Shown one piece after another: positions 16,068-25,026 of a stretch of 34,716 bases of DNA (position 1 is its first letter; every line of letters starts with the position of its first letter). The stretch covers positions 1 through 34,716 of the forward strand of contig JBFLWF010000026.1 of assembly GCA_040758355.1 (NCBI GenBank). Reading direction: 5' to 3'. Made by a program: the position numbers and the translations under genes. The DNA comes from Nitrospirota bacterium. GTDB lineage: Bacteria; Nitrospirota; Thermodesulfovibrionia; Thermodesulfovibrionales; Dissulfurispiraceae. The notes under the pieces are model-generated. The model made no database searches, was not told the origin of the DNA, and saw only the letters and a list, made by a program, of their open reading frames with translations.

Positions 16068-16131
16068 TGTCTAAAAGTTTTACACTGAATAATCTCCTGT
16101 CCTGACAAACCTCAATAAAATCAGGGTCTTA
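16068..16131 (+). promoter_or_regulatory. Enhancer plus IHF-like site without a -24/-12 core (orphan or relic promoter)
   Basis: TGTCTAAAAGTTTTACA (16068-16084) and AATCAGGGTCTTA (16119-16131), at the same 51-bp offset as in P1 and P4. No GG-N10-GC follows. Confidence 0.65.
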
Positions 16132-16160
16132 ATTTAACTTACTAAAACAAGGAGGCGAAC

Positions 16161-17360
16161 ATGCAAAGGGAAAATACTTTTAAGAAAATCGCTTTTGTGT
16201 TTTCAATTCTGATATCGCTTGTCATTGTTCAATCCATATGGTCTCAAGACAATGATTGGCAAAAGCAATCTGTCCGGTTTGCCCCTGACCGGATTCTGGT
16301 TAAGTTTAAACCGGTCATGCCAGAAAAGGTAAGAGCCGCCGTGCATCAGAGGCAAGGGGGTATTGTTGTGGATATCATCCCGGAAATAGACGTCCATGTG
16401 GTGCAGATACCAAAGAATATGGTTAAAGAGAAGCTGAGTGCTTACTGGAAAGAGGCACCGGTCGAATTTGTTGAGCCTGACTATATCGCCTTTGCCATCC
16501 TCGCTCCGAATGACCCCTACTTTGGAAATCAGTGGGGTATGACTAAAATTAAAGCACCAGAAGCATGGGACATCACCAAGGGGTCACCTAATGTAAAGAT
16601 AGCAATACTGGACACCGGTATAGACCAGGACCATGAGGATCTTAGGGCAAAGGTCGTGGCTAATAAGAATTTCACCCGGAGCTATACAGTTGATGACAGA
16701 TATGGCCATGGCACTCATGTTGCCGGCATTGCCGCTGCCATTACCAATAATAGTAAAGGAGTGGCAGGTGCTGGCTTCAACTCAAGCCTCATGAATGTAA
16801 AAGTCCTGGGAGACAACGGCAGCGGGTACTATAGCTGGGTTGCAAATGGTATTATATGGGCGGCTGATAATGGAGCCAAGGTAATCAATCTCAGCCTTGG
16901 AGGCACCTCGCCCTCAACAACGCTGGAGAATGCCGTAAAATATGCATGGAGCAAAGGTTCTGTGTTGGCAGCGGCTGCCGGAAATGACAATGCCACCACC
17001 CCCCTTTATCCTGCGTATTATGAAAATTGTATTGCTGTAGCGGCAACAGACAAAAATGATGCAAAGGCAAGTTTCTCTAACTACGGTGACTGGGTAGATA
17101 TTGCTGTCCCAGGGGTAGACATATTCTCCACGATGCCCAATCACAGGAATAGAATTGGCATACGGAACTACGGGTATCTCAGCGGGACATCCATGTCTGC
17201 ACCCCATGTAAGCGGAGTAGCTGCCATGGTCTGGGCAACCGGGTACGGAACCAGTAACGCATCAGTTCGTAGCAGGGTTGAGGGCACTGCAGATGAGGCA
17301 GGCACCATGTGGTCAATTTACAAGATAAAGCGTGTCAATGCCTATAATGCCGTGAAGTAA
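16161..17360 (+). CDS. Secreted S8 subtilisin/thermitase-like serine protease (prepro form)
   Basis: ILDTG (Asp), HGTHVAG (His), AAAGN oxyanion, GTSMSAPH (Ser); signal peptide and propeptide. Confidence 0.95.
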   Translation: MQRENTFKKIAFVFSILISLVIVQSIWSQDNDWQKQSVRFAPDRILVKFKPVMPEKVRAAVHQRQGGIVVDIIPEIDVHVVQIPKNMVKEKLSAYWKEAPVEFVEPDYIAFAILAPNDPYFGNQWGMTKIKAPEAWDITKGSPNVKIAILDTGIDQDHEDLRAKVVANKNFTRSYTVDDRYGHGTHVAGIAAAITNNSKGVAGAGFNSSLMNVKVLGDNGSGYYSWVANGIIWAADNGAKVINLSLGGTSPSTTLENAVKYAWSKGSVLAAAAGNDNATTPLYPAYYENCIAVAATDKNDAKASFSNYGDWVDIAVPGVDIFSTMPNHRNRIGIRNYGYLSGTSMSAPHVSGVAAMVWATGYGTSNASVRSRVEGTADEAGTMWSIYKIKRVNAYNAVK

Positions 17361-17376
17361 AGAGGGCACTTGATAT

Positions 17377-17862
17377 ATGAATAGAACTTGGTTGCTGGTG
17401 ATACTCTTACTGATAGTATCAGGGGGTTATATGCCACTGCATGGTGAAGCAGCAAAACCCGTTGTTTTTCGCGCCATGCCAGACCCGGAGCAATGGGTTT
17501 TCAGTGATGAGCCTGCTTATCTTGTGGTCACAGAGAAGAATTGGTCCCGGTACTATATGAGTCAACCAAAGGGTTCTGATTTTGCAAACTGCATTTATAT
17601 TGTTGCCTCCCGTGGGGTGAAGCCTAATCCGGGTTATAGAATCAGGATTCTGCAAATCCAGCAACAGAAAGACACAATAACAATAAAAGTTGAACTCAGG
17701 GAGCCTGATCCGAAAAGGGTTTACCCTCAGGTTATAGTTCGTCCATGTGTTGTGGCTGAAGTTGTTAAGGCAGATTTGCAAAGATATGATCTATTGAGAT
17801 TTGTTTTCACGGATCAAAAAGGGCGCCAGATCGCTACAGCAAAGGCAGAAATTTATCGTTAA
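17377..17862 (+). CDS. Protease complex subunit PrcB-like secreted protein
   Basis: Signal peptide; GVKPNPGYRIRI..I and QVIVRP resemble PrcB_C; adjacent to the subtilase. Confidence 0.7.
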   Translation: MNRTWLLVILLLIVSGGYMPLHGEAAKPVVFRAMPDPEQWVFSDEPAYLVVTEKNWSRYYMSQPKGSDFANCIYIVASRGVKPNPGYRIRILQIQQQKDTITIKVELREPDPKRVYPQVIVRPCVVAEVVKADLQRYDLLRFVFTDQKGRQIATAKAEIYR

Positions 17863-17884
17863 CAGACAAGAAAGGCAAGATAAA

Positions 17885-19516
17885 ATGAAAAAGGAGATTC
17901 CTTTAGGCAAAATGCTCCTCCATAGTGGTCTAATTGGAGAAGATAAGCTTGAAGTAGCTTTAAAAGAGCAGCAGGTCAGCCGTCGACGAATCGGGGAGAC
18001 CCTGGCCGATCTCGGTTTTGTCTCAATGGAGGACATGCTCAGGGCATTGAGTTTTCAGCTTGGAATAAAATACCTTCCGTTTTCAGAGTTTACGGGGGTA
18101 ATCCATGACGGTTCATACCCATCTATAAAGTTCATGAAACAGTACAAAGTTGTTCCTTTGGGCAAAGATAATGGTGCTATAAGGATCGTAATGTCAGACC
18201 CGCTGGATACTTATGCATTAAATGCACTCCGTCTCTTTTTCAACAATGACCTTGAGGTATACCTGGGCAGCGAGAGGGACATAACCGAGGCTATTGAGCA
18301 ATACTTTGGAAATAGTACCCAGATGACATCCTTAATGGAGAGTATGAGAGAGGAACAAGATGACGTGGATGCCGGGATGCAGGAGGATGTCCACCACCTG
18401 AGGGACATTGCCCATGAGGCTCCTGTAATAAATCTCGTAAACATGTTCATTACAAAGGCGGTTGAAAGCAGGGCAAGTGATATCCATATAGAGCCATTTG
18501 AAAATAGGTTCAAGGTTAGATACAGGGTCGATGGGGTACTAATTGAAGCGCAGTCTCTTCCAAAGAGGCTTCAGTCAGCGGTTATATCGAGGGTTAAGAT
18601 AATGTCAAGGCTGAATATCGCTGAGAGAAGGCTGCCCCAGGATGGCCGTATAAAGCTGAGGGTTTCAGGCAGGGAGGTCGACCTCAGGGTCTCAACACTG
18701 CCTACCCTCTACGGAGAAAGTGTTGTGATGCGTATTTTAGACAGGGGCAGCACCTTGATTGACCTCGAGGAACTCGGCTTTACAGAGGGTACCTTTAACG
18801 AGTATGAAAGGCTCATAGCCATGCCTTATGGAATGATTCTTGTTACAGGCCCGACAGGCAGCGGGAAGACAACGACCCTTTATGCATCCCTCAGCCGTAT
18901 AAACTCCTCTGACAGGAAGATAATCACAATAGAAGACCCGATAGAATACGAGATAGAGGGGATTAATCAGATACAGGTGAAGCCAAAGATCGGGCTTACA
19001 TTTGCCAATGGCCTCAGGCATATCGTCCGCCAGGATCCAGACATTATAATGGTGGGAGAGATCAGGGACAGGGAAACAGCAGAGATAGCCATCCATGCAG
19101 CCCTCACAGGTCATCTCGTCTTCAGTACACTGCATACAAATGATGCGCCAGGCGCTGTAACAAGGCTTTTAGACATGGGCATCGAGGGATTTTTAGTGGC
19201 ATCATCCCTTGTGGGGGTTCTGGCCCAGCGTCTTGTGAGGGTAATCTGTCCTGGGTGCAAGGAAGAGTGTAAAGAGGGTGAGGGCTGTGAGAAATGCAGG
19301 CGCACCGGTTATATGGGAAGGACAGGGGTCTTTGAATTAATGGTAATGAACGAGGAGATAAGGCAATTGATCCTCGATAAGGCGAGTGCTGATATTATCA
19401 GGCAGAAGGCAATATCTCAGGGGATGCTTACCCTGAGGGAATGCGGCTGGCAGAAGGTAAGAGAAGGGATAACAACAGTTAAGGAGGTCTTAAGGGTAAC
19501 GAAAGGGGATATTTAG
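17885..19516 (+). CDS. gspE: Type II secretion ATPase GspE with MshEN-like N-domain
   Basis: ASDIHIEP, ERRLPQDG, GPTGSGKTT, TIEDPIE, VGEIRD, STLHTND and CxxC..CxxC. Confidence 0.93.
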   Translation: MKKEIPLGKMLLHSGLIGEDKLEVALKEQQVSRRRIGETLADLGFVSMEDMLRALSFQLGIKYLPFSEFTGVIHDGSYPSIKFMKQYKVVPLGKDNGAIRIVMSDPLDTYALNALRLFFNNDLEVYLGSERDITEAIEQYFGNSTQMTSLMESMREEQDDVDAGMQEDVHHLRDIAHEAPVINLVNMFITKAVESRASDIHIEPFENRFKVRYRVDGVLIEAQSLPKRLQSAVISRVKIMSRLNIAERRLPQDGRIKLRVSGREVDLRVSTLPTLYGESVVMRILDRGSTLIDLEELGFTEGTFNEYERLIAMPYGMILVTGPTGSGKTTTLYASLSRINSSDRKIITIEDPIEYEIEGINQIQVKPKIGLTFANGLRHIVRQDPDIIMVGEIRDRETAEIAIHAALTGHLVFSTLHTNDAPGAVTRLLDMGIEGFLVASSLVGVLAQRLVRVICPGCKEECKEGEGCEKCRRTGYMGRTGVFELMVMNEEIRQLILDKASADIIRQKAISQGMLTLRECGWQKVREGITTVKEVLRVTKGDI

Positions 19517-20628
19517 TGGAGATATTTTCCTATGAAGCAGCAACAAAGGAAGGGGACAACGGCTCATCTCACCTTCACTGGATTATTGGAGATAAGGTCA
19601 GAGAAAAGGATATTATGACCTTTACATGCCAGCTCGGCGTGCTGCTTGAGGCAGGTTTTACAATAGATAAAGGCCTTTTGATTCTATTGGAATTAACCGA
19701 AAAAAGGGCTATGAGGGAGGTCATCAAAGAACTCCTTTCCAGTATTCGTGGCGGTAAGTCCCTTTCGGCTGCCCTTTCGAAGTTTCCTTTAATATTTCCT
19801 GATCTTTACATAAACATGATAAAGGCAGGGGAGACAGGAGGGTTTCTTGAGGATGCCATTTTGAGACTGGCCAACCATCTTGAAGACTCTCAGAGACTAA
19901 GGGAGGATATGCATTCAGCCCTCATCTATCCTATCCTACTCGGCATTATAGGGGGGGTGGCTATTGCGGTGCTTCTGATCTTCGTTGTGCCGAGGTTTAC
20001 CATGATATTTTCTGATATGGGCCAGGCCCTTCCTCTTCCAACGTTAATCCTGCTTTCTATAAGTTCCGGAATCAAGTACTACTGGTGGCTGATTTTATCC
20101 ATTCTACTCGGATGTTTTCTGTTATTACGCTATTATTTAAGGAGCGCTGCCGGAAGACGTTATTGGGACACTTTGAGATTCAGGCTTCCGCTGTTTGGCA
20201 GGCTTTACAGACAGGCCGCTGTCTCACGCTTTGCAAGGACACTTGGTACACTTTTGCAGAGCGGGGTGCCGATCCTCCATGCCCTTCAAGCAGTTGAAGG
20301 GACACTGGGGAGCGACAGGATGGCGCAGATGATCTCTTCGGTCAGGGAATCCGTAAGAAAAGGGAAGAGGATCTCAGGTCCTCTAAAAGACAGCGATATA
20401 TTTCCTCCTATTGCCATCCACATGGTAACTATAGGAGAAGAGGCTGGCAAATTAGATGAGATGCTCCTTAAGATAGCCGAACAGTTTGATTCAGAGGTAA
20501 GGATTACTGTAAAGAGGCTCCTTTCCCTTCTTGAGCCGGGTATGATCCTTTTTATGGGACTCATAGTTGGTTTTATTGTTATAGCTATACTCATGGCCAT
20601 ATTCAGCCTTAATGAACTGCCATTTTAA
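19516..20628 (+). CDS. gspF: Type II secretion inner-membrane platform protein GspF
   Basis: GETGG, ALIYP, FVVPRF, GEEAGKLDEML and LLEP; shortened N-terminus. Confidence 0.92.
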   Translation: MEIFSYEAATKEGDNGSSHLHWIIGDKVREKDIMTFTCQLGVLLEAGFTIDKGLLILLELTEKRAMREVIKELLSSIRGGKSLSAALSKFPLIFPDLYINMIKAGETGGFLEDAILRLANHLEDSQRLREDMHSALIYPILLGIIGGVAIAVLLIFVVPRFTMIFSDMGQALPLPTLILLSISSGIKYYWWLILSILLGCFLLLRYYLRSAAGRRYWDTLRFRLPLFGRLYRQAAVSRFARTLGTLLQSGVPILHALQAVEGTLGSDRMAQMISSVRESVRKGKRISGPLKDSDIFPPIAIHMVTIGEEAGKLDEMLLKIAEQFDSEVRITVKRLLSLLEPGMILFMGLIVGFIVIAILMAIFSLNELPF

Positions 20629-20640
20629 TAGAGAATAAAA

Positions 20641-21060
20641 ATGAAAATTTTCAAAAATGACATGGGTTTCACATTGATTGAACTGATGGTGGTGATTGTT
20701 ATACTGGGACTTCTGGCTGCCCTTGTAGCTCCAAAGATGTTTGGAAAGGTAGGGCAGGCAAAGCAAAAAGCAGCAAAGGCACAGATAGAACTCTTTGGAA
20801 CAGCCCTTGATGCCTTCAGGCTTGATGTGGGCAGATACCCGACAACTTCTGAGGGGCTTCAGGCTTTAAGGACAAGACCAACTGGCGTTGAAAAATGGAA
20901 TGGTCCTTATCTCCCTAAAGAAGTCCCCCCTGACCCATGGGGGTATCAATATAATTATGTTTCTCCAGGCAGTCAAGGTGAGTATGACCTCTATTCCCTC
21001 GGAGCTGACAATGCCGAAGGCGGTGAAGTGGAAAAAATGGATATCGTGAGCTGGAAGTGA
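20641..21060 (+). CDS. gspG: Major pseudopilin GspG
   Basis: G|FTLIE prepilin site, GRYPTTSEGL, WNGPYL and DPWG. Confidence 0.95.
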   Translation: MKIFKNDMGFTLIELMVVIVILGLLAALVAPKMFGKVGQAKQKAAKAQIELFGTALDAFRLDVGRYPTTSEGLQALRTRPTGVEKWNGPYLPKEVPPDPWGYQYNYVSPGSQGEYDLYSLGADNAEGGEVEKMDIVSWK

Positions 21061-21067
21061 GATAGAG

Positions 21068-21430
21068 TTGATAAAAGAGAAAGGTTTTACACTCCTTGAA
21101 GTCATCGTTGCCATTACCGTAATGGGGATAGGCATTGTTCTGATAATGCAGCTTTTTTCTGGCGGGCTCAGGTCAGGGAAGGTTTCCCGTGACTATACTG
21201 TGGCTGTTGTTCACGCAAGGGAAAAAATGGAAGAGATGTTAATCAACCCTTTAGCAGGCACCGGGGATTTTGGTGACGGCTATAAATGGCAGACAGAGGT
21301 CATGCCCTACAGCCTGACAGGAGAAGATTTTGGGGTGTTAAAAATAACAGTAAAGGTATCATGGGCTACACTCAGGAAGGATAGGGCAATCGAAATAATT
21401 ACCCTGAAGACAAAGCCGGAGGAAAGATAA
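21068..21430 (+). CDS. gspI: Minor pseudopilin GspI-like
   Basis: G|FTLLE; short pilin ending in KITVKVSW. Confidence 0.75.
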   Translation: MIKEKGFTLLEVIVAITVMGIGIVLIMQLFSGGLRSGKVSRDYTVAVVHAREKMEEMLINPLAGTGDFGDGYKWQTEVMPYSLTGEDFGVLKITVKVSWATLRKDRAIEIITLKTKPEER

Positions 21431-22003
21431 GTGAGGGAAAGGGGCTTTACCCTTTTAGAACTTCTGATCGCAATGACAATCCTCGGCCTCATTGCTGTGA
21501 TAGTGGGTGCCGGTGTGAGACTCGGCATCAGGGCATGGGAAAGAGGGGAAACAGACGCTGATAATTCCAGGAAGATTAGATATTTTGTTGAAAGGATCGG
21601 TCAGCAGATAAAATCTGCTTATCCATATCAAATTGAGGGAGATGGTGAAAGGGCAGTGGCATTTCAGGGCAGGTCTGATTCCATTTTTTTTGTTACCTCT
21701 TCTGTGAAGGCTTCTGAAGGCGGGTTAAAATGGATCTCCTATTTTATAAGGGATGGCAAACTCATGATGCGGGAAGGCATACTCCCTGATAAAAGGGCTA
21801 TGGAAAGGATTTCAAAGGAAGGGCATGTTTTTGACATGGAGATATCCGGACTTAAATTCCAATATTTCTCCTCAAAAGAAAAAGAATGGAAGGAATCATG
21901 GGACTCAAAGACAGAACTTCCTGTGGCGATAAAGATTAATGCGGATAAAATCCCATCGGTTATTATCTCTATTCCATCAGGGTTTAAAGATGAGAAAGAA
22001 TAA
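21431..22003 (+). CDS. gspJ: Minor pseudopilin GspJ-like
   Basis: G|FTLLE; C-terminal W.ESW...ELPVAIKI. Confidence 0.8.
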   Translation: MRERGFTLLELLIAMTILGLIAVIVGAGVRLGIRAWERGETDADNSRKIRYFVERIGQQIKSAYPYQIEGDGERAVAFQGRSDSIFFVTSSVKASEGGLKWISYFIRDGKLMMREGILPDKRAMERISKEGHVFDMEISGLKFQYFSSKEKEWKESWDSKTELPVAIKINADKIPSVIISIPSGFKDEKE

Positions 22004-22886
22004 TCAAACAGGCGCTGCACTCATGCTCGTATTGTGGGTCATAGTCCTGCTTACGGCAATTGTAACGGGGTTTTCCCTTTTTATGAGAACAGAGGTAAAT
22101 ATTACGAAGAAATTCAAGGAACGGACAGAGGCATATTATGCAGCCATCGCAGGGATTGAAAGGGCAAAGGCAGATATCCTTTCTGTAAGAGAACAGATGT
22201 ATCTTGAAGAAAGTAAGGAATTGATGCCATGGGAGAAACCAAACAGGAAGGGTTTCCTCGGCAATGCTTCATATTCCTATACAATTATAGATGATGACAG
22301 AAAGATAGACCTCAATTCAGCAACCTCAGAACAACTAAGATACCTACTCATGGCTTCAGGCGTAGAAGGAACCGAACTTGACACAATAATTGATGCCATC
22401 CTCGACTGGAGGGACACTGATAACCTCCGCAGGCTAAATGGAGCAGAGGAGGATTATTATCAGTCCCTGCCAAAACCGTATAGCTGCAAAGATGGGCCTT
22501 TTGATACAGTCGAAGAGCTTCTCCTTGTGAGGGGCATTACACCGGAAATCTTCTACGGTTCAAAAAGGGAGAAAGAGCCGAAGTATAGGGGCATTGTCAG
22601 GTATCTAACAGCTAAAGGCCCTAACACTATTAATATAAACATTGCTGACAGGGTTGTGCTTGAGACGAGGTTCGGGACTGCTGTGGAAGAGAACACACTC
22701 ATGAAGAGGAGCGCCGGGCTGATATCGAGTCGCATGGTATACGGGGTTGAATCCAGTTGCTTTACAATAGTCTCCACGGGTAGCAGCTCTAACAACAAAC
22801 GGACTATCAGGACAATAGTGCGGAAGAGGAATGAAAATACGATAGAGATACTTTACTGGAATGATAACTGGCAGAACGCGGAGTAG
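21990..22886 (+). CDS. gspK: Minor pseudopilin GspK
   Basis: G|AALMLVLW, KIDLN, ILDWRD.D, GAEEDYY and EELLLVRG. Confidence 0.9.
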   Translation: MRKNNQTGAALMLVLWVIVLLTAIVTGFSLFMRTEVNITKKFKERTEAYYAAIAGIERAKADILSVREQMYLEESKELMPWEKPNRKGFLGNASYSYTIIDDDRKIDLNSATSEQLRYLLMASGVEGTELDTIIDAILDWRDTDNLRRLNGAEEDYYQSLPKPYSCKDGPFDTVEELLLVRGITPEIFYGSKREKEPKYRGIVRYLTAKGPNTININIADRVVLETRFGTAVEENTLMKRSAGLISSRMVYGVESSCFTIVSTGSSSNNKRTIRTIVRKRNENTIEILYWNDNWQNAE

Positions 22887-22890
22887 TACA

Positions 22891-23970
22891 ATGTTTAAAG
22901 ATAAACTCTTTAAGACGATTTTGGGCATTGATTTCAGGGATGACTCCTTAACGCTCACATGCCTTAAAAAAACTATATCGGGAATAAAACCATCCTCAGC
23001 AATAACCCTTCCATTTAATAATGGCAGGCATGAAGATGCAGTTTCAGGGATAAAAAAATTTATCAGCCAGCACAGGATTAATAAAAAAACGCTGTTTGCG
23101 AGTATTCCTGAAAGATGGGCAATCATCAAATTCATGGACATCTCTTCCACGGGAAGGGATAGCCTTAAGGGACTGATACAGTACGAGATTGAGCGGCATA
23201 TACCATTTAAGATAGAGGATGTGTTTTATGACTTCCATGTCCTTGGGAAGAATGGCAGCAGTCATAGGATTATGCTTGTAACTGTTCAAAAGGAAAAGGT
23301 AGAACATATAATGGAGTTCTTAAGAAAGATACCCCTTCAGCCTCAGGCCGTTAATGTCTCATTTTCTGCCGATGCGGAAAGCGCTGAAATGCAGGAGCTA
23401 TCCTCCAAAATAAATATCCTTCCCCACAGGAATACAGATAGGCAGATCGGCCCTTTAATTACAAAAATATTTCTGCCTGTTATTTTACTTCTCGGCCTTA
23501 CCATATTAGCATCGGAGGTGATCAATGAAAGTAGGTCCCTAAAGGCCGTTGAGGAAAGGATCAAGAAGAATGGGCCAGAGATGGCAGTGGTCGAGGAACT
23601 CTCTGCAGAGCTTAATGAGCTTTACAAAAAAAGGAGATTTCTCCTTAGCGTGAAAACTGATAATGTCAGCAAGCTCGATATGCTTGCTGAATTGACAAGC
23701 ATAATACCCGTCGATACCTGGATTTCAGAACTTGATTATAATGAACCAGAAAAAAAGAACGAGAAGCACGCTGGAGAGCTTACAATAAGTGGATTTGCTG
23801 CATCCTCCTCAAGGCTTATCTCATTACTTGAGGGTTCTATGTTTTTTGAAAATGTGGAGTTTGTAGGGCCGATTACAAAAAGCGGTGGAAAGGAGATTTT
23901 TAAAATCAAGGCAATGGTTGTTAAACCTGCTAAAAGAAAACCCGATAAAGAGGGTCTGCACAATCAATGA
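22891..23970 (+). CDS. gspL: GspL-like (PilM-PilN fusion type) assembly protein
   Basis: LGID actin-like start, ERHIPF, INILP before the TM helix, and a PilN-like periplasmic domain. Confidence 0.75.
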   Translation: MFKDKLFKTILGIDFRDDSLTLTCLKKTISGIKPSSAITLPFNNGRHEDAVSGIKKFISQHRINKKTLFASIPERWAIIKFMDISSTGRDSLKGLIQYEIERHIPFKIEDVFYDFHVLGKNGSSHRIMLVTVQKEKVEHIMEFLRKIPLQPQAVNVSFSADAESAEMQELSSKINILPHRNTDRQIGPLITKIFLPVILLLGLTILASEVINESRSLKAVEERIKKNGPEMAVVEELSAELNELYKKRRFLLSVKTDNVSKLDMLAELTSIIPVDTWISELDYNEPEKKNEKHAGELTISGFAASSSRLISLLEGSMFFENVEFVGPITKSGGKEIFKIKAMVVKPAKRKPDKEGLHNQ

Positions 23971-24545
23971 AGAGACTTTTAAAATTTAGATTGCAACACA
24001 GAGAAAAGAAGGTTCTTTTAATAGGGGGGTTATTTGTCACAATTTTAATAACATTCCATCTTTTTACATGGTATGATGGCATGAAGAGATCTATAGGTGA
24101 TTACGCAGAAGCCAAAAGAGTTTATCTGCTGAAACAGTTAAATAAGATTTCAGAAAAAGAAGCCATATCCAGAAGACTTGAAGCTACAAAAGGTGAACTA
24201 AGGGAGTTAGAGAATGGCCTTATCAAAGGGAATAAACCTCCCCTATCAGCAGCAGAGCTTCAGAGGCTACTCAAGGAAATGGCAAAGGCCTCAGGGGTTG
24301 ATATAAAGTTGGAACGGGCCCTGAGTCCGATTGATACGGAGATGTATTCTTCTATCCCTGTGGAAATAGGGTTTACAGCAATTACAAAAAAATTGAAGGA
24401 CATGCTCTTAATGATAGAGGCTTCACCGCTCCTGCTCACAATCTCAGAGATGAAAATTCGAGTTACCGGTTTAGAAGTGTATGTGACGATAACGGTGAGA
24501 GGGCTTATCAGGAAAGGGATTAAGGAGCATGCAGAAAGGGCATAA
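23967..24545 (+). CDS. gspM: GspM/PilO-like protein
   Basis: REK + TM helix, coiled coil, AAELQ and ferredoxin-like C-terminus; follows gspL. Confidence 0.72.
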   Translation: MKRLLKFRLQHREKKVLLIGGLFVTILITFHLFTWYDGMKRSIGDYAEAKRVYLLKQLNKISEKEAISRRLEATKGELRELENGLIKGNKPPLSAAELQRLLKEMAKASGVDIKLERALSPIDTEMYSSIPVEIGFTAITKKLKDMLLMIEASPLLLTISEMKIRVTGLEVYVTITVRGLIRKGIKEHAERA

Positions 24546-25019
24546 ATGAAGCGCAGTCATTTTTTATTAAATGTAATTCTCATTGCCATTGCAGGGTTTC
24601 TGGGTTTCAAGCTCTATAATTCACTATCGAGACCACCGGATATACCCTTTCTGGCTGTCCAGGGGCAGGCCACATCAGATGAAGAGGAGGTGCAAGCGAA
24701 GGTGAGAGTGGACGAGAGGTCTGATTTCCAGACAATTGTTAAGAGAGATATCTTCAGACCTGATAGAAAAGAGCCAGAGGATATCTTAAGATTATCTTCA
24801 CCATCCCTATTCCCTCTGCCGAGACTTGTTGGCATAGCAATTTTTGGCAATGAGAGCATGGCCTTTTTTGAGGATCCTATAACCAAGGCTGTAAAGGTAT
24901 GCCGCATAAAGGATTCTATAGCCGGTTTTACAGTGCATAAGATACAGCAGGACAGGGTAGTTCTCCTTAGAGGAGACGAAAGGGTGGAGGTGAAAATCAG
25001 GGAGATAAAAGAAAATTAG
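24546..25019 (+). CDS. GspC-like (HR domain) protein
   Basis: N-terminal TM, DIFRPDR, LVGI..A, and D.IAGF.V..I..DRVVL. Confidence 0.65.
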   Translation: MKRSHFLLNVILIAIAGFLGFKLYNSLSRPPDIPFLAVQGQATSDEEEVQAKVRVDERSDFQTIVKRDIFRPDRKEPEDILRLSSPSLFPLPRLVGIAIFGNESMAFFEDPITKAVKVCRIKDSIAGFTVHKIQQDRVVLLRGDERVEVKIREIKEN

Positions 25020-25026
25020 AATATCT

